NCBI GenBank assembly: GCA_964016885.1
Contig: OZ024746.1
Location: 38,130,001-38,194,000 of the forward strand
DNA from: Eledone cirrhosa
Lineage: Eukaryota
Reading direction: 5' to 3'
Length of the DNA stretch: 64,000 bases
Shown one piece after another: positions 1 through 12,501 of this stretch. Within the stretch, counting starts at the first letter, position 1; every line of letters starts with the position of its first letter. Below the pieces are notes generated by a model. That model worked only from the letters and a program-made list of their open reading frames with translations. It was not told the origin of the DNA and ran no database searches. Position numbers and translations under genes: made by a program.

Positions 1-1
1 T

Positions 2-1683
2 GTATGGGAAACCTTTTATTTATCTATTACCCTGAAGGATAACAAATCCAATTTTCCGAACAACCCCTCTATTCGGCTTATTAACCCTACGAAGTCCGAT
101 TTAGGTAGACATAGTAAAACGATTCTTGATAGAATTATACCTGAAATTAGAAGTTTGGCCCCTCTTGCACTGTGGAACAATTCTTTCGCGGTGATTGATT
201 GGTTCAACGGCATATGTAACAAGGAACATTGCCGTTTTATCCAATTCGACATCAACAATTACTATTCCTCCATGACTTTACCACTTCTCCTTAGAGTTAT
301 CAATTTCGCTAAAACACTCACAGTGGTTAAGGATTTCGAAGTTGATGTCATCCTCAATGCCCGAAAGTCGGTGATTAATTTCGACGACTCTATTTGGATT
401 AAAAAATCCAATAGTACCCCATTCGACGTGAGTATGGGCGCCAGTGATTCTGCGGAGGTTACTGATCTTATCGGCCTTTTCCTTCTTTTCTCTATCAAGG
501 ACGAATTCCCCAACGCGGGCGGTGGTTTGAACCGTGACGATGGTCTTTTGACCATGACTAAGTGCGGACCTCGTGCTTGCGACAGGTTCAGAAAAGAACT
601 CACAGCCTTCTTTAAAGGCTTCAACCTCTCTATACAGGTTGATGCCAATCTTTCGGTCGTTAAATACCACGACGTTACCCTCAACTTGTTGAATGGGTTG
701 TATTAACCGTATAGAAATCCGAATGATACGCTTAATTACATAAGTAAGCATTCCAACCATCCTGCCAGCATAACCAAGAACCTGGTAAGAAACATTTCGT
801 TGAGGCTTTCCCGTCTTTCCACCAACGAGCGTATTTTCAACGACCATTCCACTTATTACAATGAAGCTCTTGCTCGAAGTGGATTTGTTGATAAGGTAGC
901 ATATACAGAGTACGTAAATAGACCTAGAAGAAATAGATCCCGTCGCATATAATATGGAGGTGGCCACACCATTAGCTAAGATCTTTCTTTCCCGTATTAC
1001 GAAGCATTTTCCCCCTACACATAAATATAGTAAAATCTTTTATAGAAATACTATTAAAATGTCTTACTCTACGGCTCCTAACCTTGCACATAACATCACA
1101 GCTTCAACTTTAGCTAAACTACCTAGCCGTAGGAACACGTGCAACCCTCTAGTTAGTTCTAACTGTAATAGTAGGAATCAGGTTGATTGACCCTATCCGG
1201 GAAATGCCGTCTAGTAACTTTGTCTACAAATGTAAGGTTGTAACACCCACGTCCCGTAGGGCCTACATAGGGTTAACGGCCAATAGATTCAAGCAGCGTC
1301 TTTACATGCATACCCATTCTTTTCGTTACCCTCTAAGAAGGAATATGACGTCACTTTCAGCTTATATCTGGAGTCTAAAAGACAACCACATCCAATATAA
1401 GTTACACTGGGAGAACCTAGGTAGGGCTAGATCGTATAACGGAAATAAAAGACCATGTGACCTCTGCGCCGCTGAGGCCCTGGAAATACTCTACGCCACA
1501 GACCACATCTTAAACAAAAAATCTGAGGCAATTTCGGCTTGTAAACATAAATTGCACAAAACTTTCCTGTATTACAGCCCCACGTTATACCCTAACGGAA
1601 AGTACGATCTATACGTTGATATTTTACGTCTTGATGTGGCAGCTAAGTATATGTTTTGTTTATACCATTACTTATTTGCATAG
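2..1683 (+). pseudogene. Disrupted PLE RT-GIY-YIG polyprotein reading frame
   Basis: ORF-track pieces 155-706, 954-1190 and 1183-1683, plus the in-frame segment 707-952, are collinear parts of one PLE ORF broken by stops, a small deletion near 950 and frameshifts. Confidence 0.88.
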
Positions 1684-1810
1684 GTAAGTATATATTACCC
1701 GTATGTTTTGTGAAGGTACGTATACCTTCTCGTACGTATATTAACGGCATTCCTGTCTTAACGACATCACAACTTTCTCCGCTTGGCCTGTTCCCCCCCT
1801 TTTGGAACTT

Positions 1811-1846
1811 TCCCCCGTTGATGGGCGTGAGCCCGAAATATTGGGA
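1811..1846 (+). ncRNA. Degenerate minimal type I hammerhead ribozyme in the PLE 3' region
   Basis: tccc-CCGTTGA-t-GGGC gtga GCCC-GAAA-TA-TT-ggga. Stem I is tccc/ggga, stem II is a perfect 4 bp, stem III is the palindrome AATATT, and the core has two mismatches to CUGANGA. Confidence 0.65.
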
Positions 1847-1993
1847 TTAAATCTCCACTACGATAACCCGTCTACCTTTGTTTTGTTTTCATCTTTGTCT
1901 CTCTCAATTTTCACTTTCACCTGTTTTTCTTATCTATCTTTCACTTCCTACCTCGAGATTTCCCTCTGCATTGTTGTGGCTTTCCTAACTACG

Positions 1994-2280
<287 letters not shown>

Positions 2281-2306
2281 AAATAAAAAAAATAAAAAAA
2301 ATAAAA

Positions 2307-2346
<40 letters not shown>

Positions 2347-2352
2347 ATATAT

Positions 2353-2699
2353 ACCTCTGATCAAATCATCGGAATACTCTGAGTATTCCGATCAGAGGTA
2401 AACACTTTATTTAAGGTCGAGAGACGCAACTTCGAGTGATTAACGGCCTTCAGACTCACCTGATCAATGAAACAATTGTTAATACTAGAAATACAACCCT
2501 TTTGTACAGCCGACCATGATATTCTTCAATCTTTCACTATTATTACTCCAAGAATGACCTGCATACGATTTCTCGCGCACTCGCTACCTAACGATGGAAA
2601 CCTCTTTTTGAGTCTAACAACGCCGTACCTTAAAACTATCCACAATACGGAGTACTCACAAACCCTAACTGGATTACCTATAACTATAACTTGTTATCC

Positions 2700-2700
<1 letters not shown>
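2353..2700 (+). mobile_element. Short TA-embedded element (family L)
   Basis: About 270 bp are homologous to the reverse strand of 4890-5160 (caatgaaacaattgttaatact..actatccacaatacggagta..ctaactggattacctataac). A small hairpin acctctgatc..gatcagaggt marks its start. It is flanked by TA/TG runs. Confidence 0.7.
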
Positions 2701-3176
<476 letters not shown>

Positions 3177-4064
3177 GTGTTATCTTTTATTTTAAAGTGC
3201 AACAAATGTAGATGTTTCGTATTCAAAAGTAATTACACTTAAAGATGTCATTTAAAGATGGTCTTTTTGGGATGGGTTTTATGGACTGCGTCAGATTGCC
3301 GTTTGCGAATTTTGAACGACTTCCAGAAGCAGGATACACTAATCAGACTGTGGATTGAATAGCTTCATACCGAGGCTCACCATCATCTCCCGACAGTGTT
3401 GAAATCAATGTTACGGATTTAACTAGAAATGCTTTCGACGAGCGTATCCTTCAATATCACCACACATTCAGGTCGAGGAAATGGGAAATTTGTATTCCTC
3501 TCTCATGAGTCATCTGCATTTTTGAAGACAAGTAACTAGAACGGAACAACAATAAAAGAGTCACACTGTATTTTAACGAAACCAGGAACTGTAAAATATG
3601 CCTAACTGCGATGTTCCAGATTGCTGTTTTCAAATATGAGCATCAACGGATAGTCTTGCAAAACTAACAAATTTCCAAGACACCTTTTATTTCCAGTCTA
3701 TAAAAATGGCTACAGAAATCAGCATTATATAGTTCCAATAGGAACCCGGAGCTCCTTACACTTGAAAGCGACACATTGGAGTTTGCCATCCTGTATAATT
3801 GACAGTAATACAAACATGGGGAACTTCATACAACATAAAGCCTGATCACATGGCCAGCCTTAACTCATGAGAAACAAAGTGAGCCCCACAGAGAGAGCAT
3901 CATTTGCTATAGTTCGAGTCTGGAATTTCCATAGAAGTATCACAAGGACATTGCAGTTTCTAATTTACACACAAGATCATACACAATGGTGAAGAGAGAG
4001 AGAGGGGTGGAGAGAGTGATAGTGTCAGACACACACATATATATGTACACACACACACACACAT

Positions 4065-4100
<36 letters not shown>

Positions 4101-4664
4101 GTATATATATACGCTTACACATATGTACGAACAATTATATATAAACGAATACAGTATGCCTACGTATGTATCTTTATATTATACAAAGAATATCCTTTTA
4201 AATCAATGCAATTGAAAACACTCCTATATCTACCATTTTGGATAATTCTTTTAATTCGGAACTTCCGTATTTCTTACAAGTTCTTTATGTGCCCTTTGGA
4301 TCAATAAAACCGTATTGCTTATCGACGATTCATTCTAGACCTAGTCTTATCTTCTGAATGAAATACTCAGTGTGGCAGTTGTTATTTCCGTATTTATTTC
4401 AGAGGGAATAATGGCAATGTTGTTATATCAATGTTCTGATCTTTGGCGGTAGCTTTCTATCAGTTTGTAACTGATAACTTTGTATTACCAGCCTGTGTTA
4501 TTGGCATGTTGAGGTTTAGGTTATGTTTTCATTTTGAAGAGTAATCCATTGGTTAATCTACCATTAAAAAAAGATAGCTTTATCAGATTGTCGATATTAG
4601 TTCTCGGATTATTGGTTTTTCAATCCAGTTGAGTTTTATAATTTGTATAAACATGGTGGATTGT

Positions 4665-4845
4665 AATAATTGTTTCTACTTTTGGCGCAAGGCCAGCAAT
4701 TATCCTAGGATAATACAGGTACTTAATTTATCGATCTCGTTAGGAATAAAAGCAAAGTTAACCTCGGCAGGATTTGAACTCAGATCATAAAGGGGAATAA
4801 CTCTATGCTCGAAAGCATGGCCTCCGACCCTCCACCACACCATGC
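4665..4845 (-). mobile_element. tRNA-derived SINE (main family)
   Basis: Matches the family consensus seen at 9496-9683 and 10671-10859. Confidence 0.85.
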
Positions 4846-4889
4846 AAAGTCACTCATCTCTCTCTCTCTCTCTCTGTATATATATATAT

Positions 4890-5396
4890 GGGATTACAAA
4901 TTATCGTTATAGGTAATCCAGTTAGAGGTTGTGAATACTCCGTATTGTGGATAGTTTTAATGTGCGACGTTGTGGCTCAACAAGAGGTTTCCTTAGGTAG
5001 GTTGCGATTTCTTGGGAATTCCTATGCAGTTAATCTTGGAGTAATAATAGTGAAAGAATGAAGAATAACATGGTCAACAGTACAAAAAGGGTTGTATTTA
5101 CAGTATTAACAATTGTTTCATTGATTAGGTTGTCTAAAATTTGCTAATCCCTTGAAGTTGTGTCACTCAATTTTAAATTCTGATGTTGTCATTTGAATTT
5201 TCCTAGTATATTACAAACATCGTGTATAATTCTTATCAGTTTTTCCGATGATTTGATTAGGCATACATTGTATTTAAAATTGAATGACACAACTTGAAGT
5301 GATTAGCAATGTTTAGACAAACTAATCAATGAAAAAATTGTTAATACTGTAAATAAAACCCTTTTTGTACTGTTGGCCATGTTATTCTTCACTCTT

Positions 5397-5434
<38 letters not shown>

Positions 5435-5530
5435 AAGGGTGAAGAATAACATGGTCAACAGTACAAAAGGGGTTTTATTTACCGTATTTACAATTGTTTC
5501 ATTGATTAGGTTGTCTAAAAATTGCTAATA
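4890..5530. mobile_element. Family L element with fold-back inverted repeat (about 5047-5178 vs 5272-5403) and a third partial copy at 5428-5530
   Basis: The arms are reverse complements (gtgaaagaatgaagaataacatgg.. / ..ccatgttattcttcactctttcac). The element is bounded by TA runs. Confidence 0.8.
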
Positions 5531-7779
5531 TATTTATTAGAAAGAGTTGGGGCCCGGTGGTTATACTCCTTTATACGTTATTTATATTATTCAAGCACGA
5601 ATATGCATTGCTTTGCATAGATTTCAATTACAATTATGTGGTTAATGCCGTACGCTTGTAGTCTGAGACATTATATGCATCATTATATACCAATAATATC
5701 CGACTGCTAGATTGAGGATAGGTAAGGTATGTGATGTTCATGCAAGGATTTTGTATGTATATGTATCTCTTAGCATACATATGCAAGCTGTTAAATTTTA
5801 TTATAATTCTTTTACAAATATTCACAATAACCAGCAAGTTATATACAGATTAGAAGACAGAATAAAAGCTTATAGACAATTTCTTATAGACGATCGTGTT
5901 TTTGATGAGAAAGACGTATTTCCACATAATAGATATAGATCCCTTCAGAAACATATATACTAACGAAGCATATTGTTATCAAAGTTGATACCATCGCAGG
6001 GGGAGAAACAGACTTTTAATACTATAAGAATTTCTATAACTTACATTTGTAAAGTCAGTATAAATTTGCCTAGAGTATTATACTAAAATATTGGCTTAAT
6101 TAGTTATTTTATCTAACGCCTTAAACAATACACAGAATACATTGATAACTGGTTTATCACACGTTGTAAGGATTTGCTTGAATTAACACCCTCATCAGTG
6201 ATAAGAGAAGAGATTTAATGAGAAAATATTCAATTATTCTACGTGATTCAACTTTCTGCTACCGTCCATAAATCAGCATTTTAATGGTTCTCAATCGGTT
6301 TCGTCAAGGTGTATTCAGTTGTACGATCTGCTGAATGACTTACATATTGCATTAACCTCAAAGAAAGTTCTACGTTATGAAATTAGTTATTACTCCTCCC
6401 GTAGTACCTATAATGGCCGTAGGGGAACCATGGTATTATACGGTGTCTAGCAGGCATTTTAAACCTAGTGATTCCTTTTGACTATATATGACAACAGATG
6501 ACTTCATACAGAGAAAGTGAGAGAAGGAGGGAAATGAGGGAAAGAGAGACTAGGGGAGGAATAGAGAGAGATAATGAAGAATTAGTCTCAGTACTGGTAA
6601 TTTAATAACCGACACAGAAATGAAAATAAACATGTTGCACTCAGTGAGATTTGAACTCAGAACGTTGAGAGCCAGTTTAAATAGTCTACTAATTCACCAT
6701 TTGTATAGGCTTGTACAACCTACAATATTGTCATTTTTCATAATATACACAAACTACGGATTTCAGCATGATTATTCGGACTGCGTAGAAAGCATTGAGA
6801 CAGTATAATATAATATATTTCATTTAAATGGAACTGGATAATATATACCAATAAACATTCAGAGAACTAATATTGAATACCTGGTTTCTCAGACCTTATA
6901 AATCTTCTATTGTATTATGAATCTAAAACTTGAAACGGAATAACATTTAATCACAAAATGTAGTATTCAAAAGGATTTCGTTTGTTCGTACAAACCATTC
7001 TATCAAATATCAGTAAACATTTGCTGTATTTCCCTTTGATCTCGTAGTTATAGTCAATCATTGCAACTAACTTTGATAACATTGCAAGTTATTGTAACGT
7101 TTAAAACTTCGCACCTTTGATTCTCGATTTGTATTTCCAGACAATCGTTGATTTTAGATATGGTTTTAAGATTTAAGCGTGTAGTTAAGAGACAATTTTC
7201 TTCATGTAAATACAATGCTAGTGTTTCGAGTGTTCGTATGGTACCTACCCACATTATATGCGTAATCACATAAAATATAAACATGCAGTATATTTCAAAT
7301 CAAAAGCTGCCAACGTCATATTATTATGGTTATTTTCTTTAGAATTTAACTGTTGACATAAATAGAATAGCTACAGTTAGTTCCTCAATCCGAAATTAGT
7401 TTTGGCTGCACCCTAGACTGCCTGGTGTTCATATAGTTATCCAAGGGATGTAATAACTCTACTAGATATTTATTGCATTATGTATATAATCAATATGCAT
7501 AATGGAGAGAAATCACTGCCCGTGAAAATATACTACATCACATGTTTGGAATCCAACACTTATCAGAATTTTAACAAACACTTTTACGTCACCTGTACTT
7601 CTTTGGTGTACATTTCGTACCCAATACATGTCTACGGAAACAAAGATAGAAGCGATCACAATTTATACTTCATCAACATTTTTCATTCGCATGAACAAAT
7701 GGAAACGACTTAGGAACAATTCAGTGCGGATATTTTATTATAGTAAATACAAGAAAAGCAATATGATTTCACATTTTGT

Positions 7780-8300
7780 TAAGATTTAATGGGAAAGTTC
7801 ATGCAATGTAATGGGCAATTTCATGTCAAACATAGATCATCATCCGTAAATTAAAAACAATTACTTTATACTTGACTTATAAGACAGAAAACAACAGTGT
7901 GTGTATGAAATCCTACTAACGTAATTCCCGATTCCATCAATTCAATTTGGCATAGTCTGTCATCAAATAAAAGTCACTGCTTTTAACAGAGACTGATACC
8001 GGGAATCGTGCTGTCACACAGAGATTTCGCTCCACTTTCGCTGCAAAGATGTAATAACCAGCAGACTCAGTATAACCGACAGTCAGTGTCAGGATTATTA
8101 ATGCTTGCATTGAATCTACAGTAAATAATTTTCACTTCGTATGCGTAACTGCAAACATGATCAACATCAAAGATAATAAGAACTACAAGAACAAAATTAA
8201 TTCCCTTGATAATAAGCCATAGTCCGATTCGGGATGCTTTAGAAGATAATCAAAAATCCTTTAATCAACGTATAATCAGATTCCTAATATAAGTCAACTC
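7780..8300 (+). mobile_element. Highly degraded PLE-type RT thumb fragment
   Basis: Weak remnants resembling FLD..VYRKPT..S.H (tttatacttgac..gtgtatgaaatcctactaac..aattcaatttggcatagt), with many stops and frameshifts. Confidence 0.3.
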
Positions 8301-8400
8301 ATCCGTTATATCCGCACGAGCAGAGACATAAACACACACTTATATACATACACATATATATATATACATTTATGTATACAGTAATATGTATGAATTATAC

Positions 8401-8530
8401 ACGACGGCTGAGCTCCGGCCGTTTCGACAGCTAGATCTGAATTAGCCCCAGTATTAGAATCTAGCTGAAATTATCAAGTGGTACAGTCCATGTCTAGGCA
8501 TGCAGCCTAAAGCTAAAAAGAAGCAGAAAT
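8401..8530 (-). mobile_element. Family A element fragment with a degenerate HHR (about 8415-8482)
   Basis: Minus strand reads TTGATAA-ttt-cagctagat..atctagctg-tc-GAAA-CGGCC-ggagctcagccgtcg, with a long stem II. Same family as 14089, 36198, 51364 and 60034. Confidence 0.65.
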
Positions 8531-8771
8531 ATGAAAGCCAAAAAAATCCTCAAAATTTGTAGTTTTTCTTCTTGTCTGTCACGGAGAGTGGTCAATGATC
8601 TGCGATGTTATGTACATAGTTAAATTCCCTCATAGTTGCGGGCGCCTGAACAGGCCTAAGTCTGCTTGTTTTTTCCTGTATTTTAGTTTGTAATTGGGAA
8701 GGAGATACACCTGAGGTCTACCCAACCTGGGCCGTGACGGGTTTTAAAGGTAAGATATGTCCTATATATAT

Positions 8772-8802
<31 letters not shown>

Positions 8803-8807
<5 letters not shown>

Positions 8808-8960
8808 AGGGCTTCTACAGGATTAGAACTGTTTCATTCGATGATTGCTTTCGAATGAAGCAGTTCTAATCTTGTAGAAGCCATTTCTATATTAAACATG
8901 TATACTCTTCTATGTATTAAGTACCTTACAGTGGTTACCCGGGATTGAACTCGCGATAGG
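8803..8960. mobile_element. Family M element with hairpin (8803-8889)
   Basis: Inverted repeat tagaaagggcttctacaggattagaactgtttcattcga / tcgaatgaagcagttctaatcttgtagaagccatttcta next to (TA)n. Confidence 0.7.
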
Positions 8961-8979
8961 CACGCACGCATACACACAC

Positions 8980-9031
<52 letters not shown>

Positions 9032-9120
9032 TGCGTCTCCCCGTGTATTGAGTGTGCCCATGATTAGTTGCTCTCCGATCTCACCACCGCAGATTCTGTA
9101 CATTATATAAAATACATATA

Positions 9121-9310
9121 AATAATTGTTTCTACTTTTGGCACAAGGCCAGCAATTATCCAGTGCATTACTCGTACTTTATTTTATCGACACCGTAAGG
9201 ATGAAAGGCAAGGTTAACCTCGGTGGGATTCGAACTCAGTTCATACAGGGAGGTAACTATGCTTCAATGCATGGCGGCGGGCCCTCTACCGATACTGCCA
9301 AGCCACCGCC
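9121..9310 (-). mobile_element. tRNA-derived SINE (main family)
   Basis: Full-length match to the family consensus, running to ccaccgcc (the element's 5' end on the minus strand). Confidence 0.9.
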
Positions 9311-9495
9311 AAATAATGATGTATCTATCTACCTACACCTGATTCTTTTTTTTATTGTTCTATGCACAAACATATATATATATATGTCGAACCTCTAATA
9401 ACCACACTGTATAAATTTAAATCAGGGCATAGATTTATGGTAAAAAATCATTTCACATTTTCAACAAAAAATTACTATATGCCATTATAGGCAAG

Positions 9496-9683
9496 GGCGG
9501 GGAATTGGCAGTATCGGTAGAGGTTTGAACGCCATGCTTTCTAGCATAGTTACGTCCATTTACAGTCTGATTCAAATCACGCGGAGATTAACTTTGCGTT
9601 TCATCCTTACCGGGTCGATTAAATAAAGTACCAGTAATGTACTGGTTAAATGCTGGCCTTGTGCCTAAAGTAGAAACAATTAT
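9496..9683 (+). mobile_element. tRNA-derived SINE (main family)
   Basis: GGCGG..TGGCAGTATCGG (A box)..TTCAAATC (B box)..TTTCATCCTTACCGGGTCGATTAAATAAAGTACCAG (conserved central domain)..GGCCTTGTGCC..AGTAGAAACAATTAT. Confidence 0.9.
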
Positions 9684-10293
9684 ATGTAAAGGCTGTAATG
9701 ACGATTATATAGGGTAATCCAAATTCATTCTCACAAACAAAATGGTACTTCACTGCCAACAATTACGAGTCCCTGCTACATGACAGATACCACTTAGTGA
9801 GCATTTAGATATGTGTGCAGAGAATAAGTAACCAAAAAGCCAGATTTTTCCATTATACTGCTGTTCAGATAAGGCCACAGATCAAACAAGAATAAATAAA
9901 GCAAATACAAATATAAACCACGCCTGAAAAGTCTCTAACTACCCTTACACGCACACGTAACATTCTTCAACTTGCTAATGGAATTATTAACATCATTTCT
10001 ATTACTATTACTATTGTTGTTGCTATTATTAATATCTTATCATATGACCCTCTCCACCCGAACAAATAATGTTACACACACGCATGAATAAATAAAAGAA
10101 AATGTATTTGCCCTCTGGTCCCAAACCGTAGTTGGGATAGGCGGTAGGAGGGCTCATTTATTTAAATTCTTATAAGTGAGTGGTTGGGAAATCGTTAATT
10201 GTATATTGTAGGTTCGTTGATATGGGATTTTTTATAAGGTTCTTTTTTTCTCATATATAATGTTGTTGTTGTTTTCTTTTTCTTTAATGTAAA

Positions 10294-10404
10294 ATAAAAT
10301 TAGTACAATATTTTCCAGCTGTTGTATGAATAAGCATCATTTACAATAAAATTAGTACAAGATTTTCCAGCTGTTGTATGAATAAGCATCATTTACAATA
10401 AAAT
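10294..10404. repeat. Tandem duplication of about 52 bp (2 copies)
   Basis: aataaaattagtacaa(t/g)attttccagctgttgtatgaataagcatcatttac occurs twice. Confidence 0.9.
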
Positions 10405-10670
10405 TTCGATGGTGATAGATTAGTAACATTTAATAACCGTATGTTTGGAATAAAAGCATATCAAATTGCACTGCGAACATTTAACAATCACACGATTATT
10501 CAACACCTGAGAGTATGAGCACCCGACACCTTACTGAACCATAACAAAACAAGGAACATACGCATGCACGCACACACACACACACATCGTCACGTTCAAC
10601 TGTTGTTCAATTTGATGAGTGGATCATTATTTAAATGTTTCTCATTATGATAGTGATGTTAATTGGAATA

Positions 10671-10859
10671 ATAATTGTTTCTACTTTAGGCACAAGGCCA
10701 GCAATTACCCAGTGCATTACTGGTACTTTATTTTATCGACCCCGTAAGGATGAAAGGCAAAGTCAACCTCGGCGGGATTTTAACACAGATCGTAAAGGGA
10801 CGTAACTATGCTGGAAAGCATGGCGTCCGACCATCTACCGATACTGCCAATCCACCGCC
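10671..10859 (-). mobile_element. tRNA-derived SINE (main family) with TSD
   Basis: Near-consensus copy flanked by the direct repeat ttaattggaataataat. Confidence 0.93.
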
Positions 10860-11372
10860 CTTTAATTGGAATAATAATGTTTATTATTATTGTTACTGTT
10901 TCTATTGTTGATATTGTTATTGTTATTCCGACGTAGCAAAAAACATTAAAAACTTAGTTAAACAAACATACACGTATATAAAACAATTCCGGAAATTTAG
11001 GAATTACCATCAAGAAAATATCAGCTTCCTTTCTCTCGAAAAACAACAGAAATATAGATTAAACGACGACACTCCCGACTGTTGGCTTGAGGTATAACCT
11101 AATTTGGTGCCTAAATAAGTGATGATCCTCAGCCTAACAATTTACACATTAACCGTGAGCCACTTTGTGGCATAGAAACTAGGACAACCCATATTTTTTT
11201 CGCCAAAGTGCCAAACGATTCGATCCCTAACCAAGACATTTACTTAAACCTATCAAAGTCCTCTGCGACCATTTAGCAATTAGAGCCAAATTGTTTGTAT
11301 GAATTTGAAAGAAATTCCCAACATCAGTGGGATATGAGATTCAAGTCAGCATAGCCGTTTTTTTTTTCTATT

Positions 11373-11412
11373 AACTTTTGAGAATCATGAAACTTGTGAA
11401 ACCGGTAAAGTT
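11373..11412 (+). ncRNA. Degenerate HHR-like motif, probably a PLE 3' end
   Basis: aactt-TTGAGAA-..-GAAA-CCGG-TA-aagtt. Stem I is aactt/aagtt and stem III is palindromic, but the core and stem II are eroded. Confidence 0.4.
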
Positions 11413-11466
11413 ATACATTATTTTAAATAAATCTTCTTAGAGACTTCAATTGTATTTTCTGATTCA

Positions 11467-11571
<105 letters not shown>

Positions 11572-11630
11572 GTGTATATATATATATATATATACATAGT
11601 ACACATACACACACATACACACACACACAT

Positions 11631-11682
<52 letters not shown>

Positions 11683-11715
11683 AATCATTTAGATATATAT
11701 ACATATATATATATG

Positions 11716-11886
11716 TCTGGGGTGGGTAAAATTCCCTAGATCCATGGACGAGTCCTCTCCAGCGGTCTCTGTCCCTTATTATCGCTGCCATGCCCTGCGT
11801 CTCCAGGAGACCAGTGTCTGTCCTTAGGGCATCAACATATGTTAAACTCGGTCTTTCTCTTCCAGTGTGTCCATGCAGGGGCCTCC

Positions 11887-11887
<1 letters not shown>
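11716..11887 (-). mobile_element. RTE-like LINE 3' end
   Basis: WRPLHGHTGRERPSLTYVDALRTDTG..IRDRDRWRGLV resembles the W.P..G.R..GRP...Y.D....D..DR..WR C-terminus of RTE-group ORF2. Confidence 0.75.
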
Positions 11888-11923
<36 letters not shown>

Positions 11924-12020
11924 GAGAAAAAGACCGAGTGAGAGAGAGTGAGGGAGAAATATATATATAAATAGATACTTACATTCACGTTTTACATTTG
12001 TAAGCATATATGTATATATA

Positions 12021-12097
12021 GAGGTTGTCCCCAAAAGATGTATACACATTTCAAAAGCATGCTAATAAAAGTGTGTACATATTTTTGAGACACCATG
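12021..12097. mobile_element. Tiny Tc1/mariner-like MITE
   Basis: Imperfect TIRs of about 27 bp (gaggttgtccccaaaagatgtatacac / gtgtacatatttttgagacaccatg) resemble CAGGGTGTCCC mariner ends, with TA on both sides. Confidence 0.6.
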
Positions 12098-12186
12098 TAT
12101 ATAATATATGTGCGTGTGTAAACATGTAAACTTTAAGTACATATATAGTCGTGTGGTATACTGTAAACGTATATAGGTATAAGTTT

Positions 12187-12189
<3 letters not shown>

Positions 12190-12225
<36 letters not shown>

Positions 12226-12268
12226 CGTATGTATATGCATTTGTATGTATAGATTCACATACACACAC

Positions 12269-12354
<86 letters not shown>

Positions 12355-12355
12355 G

Positions 12356-12445
<90 letters not shown>

Positions 12446-12452
12446 CATATAC

Positions 12453-12494
<42 letters not shown>
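12190..12494. repeat. Interrupted (TA)n microsatellite
   Basis: Direct inspection. Confidence 0.95.

Positions 12495-12501
<7 letters not shown>

Noticed and set aside
262-967. Minus-strand ORFs of 140 and 229 aa
   Set aside because: They are antisense shadows of the PLE RT frame.
3250-3960. Higher-complexity stretch, possibly an old LINE
   Set aside because: I could not recover convincing motifs by eye.
9496-9590. tRNA-like A and B boxes
   Set aside because: This is a SINE head repeated many times with a non-tRNA body, not a tRNA gene.
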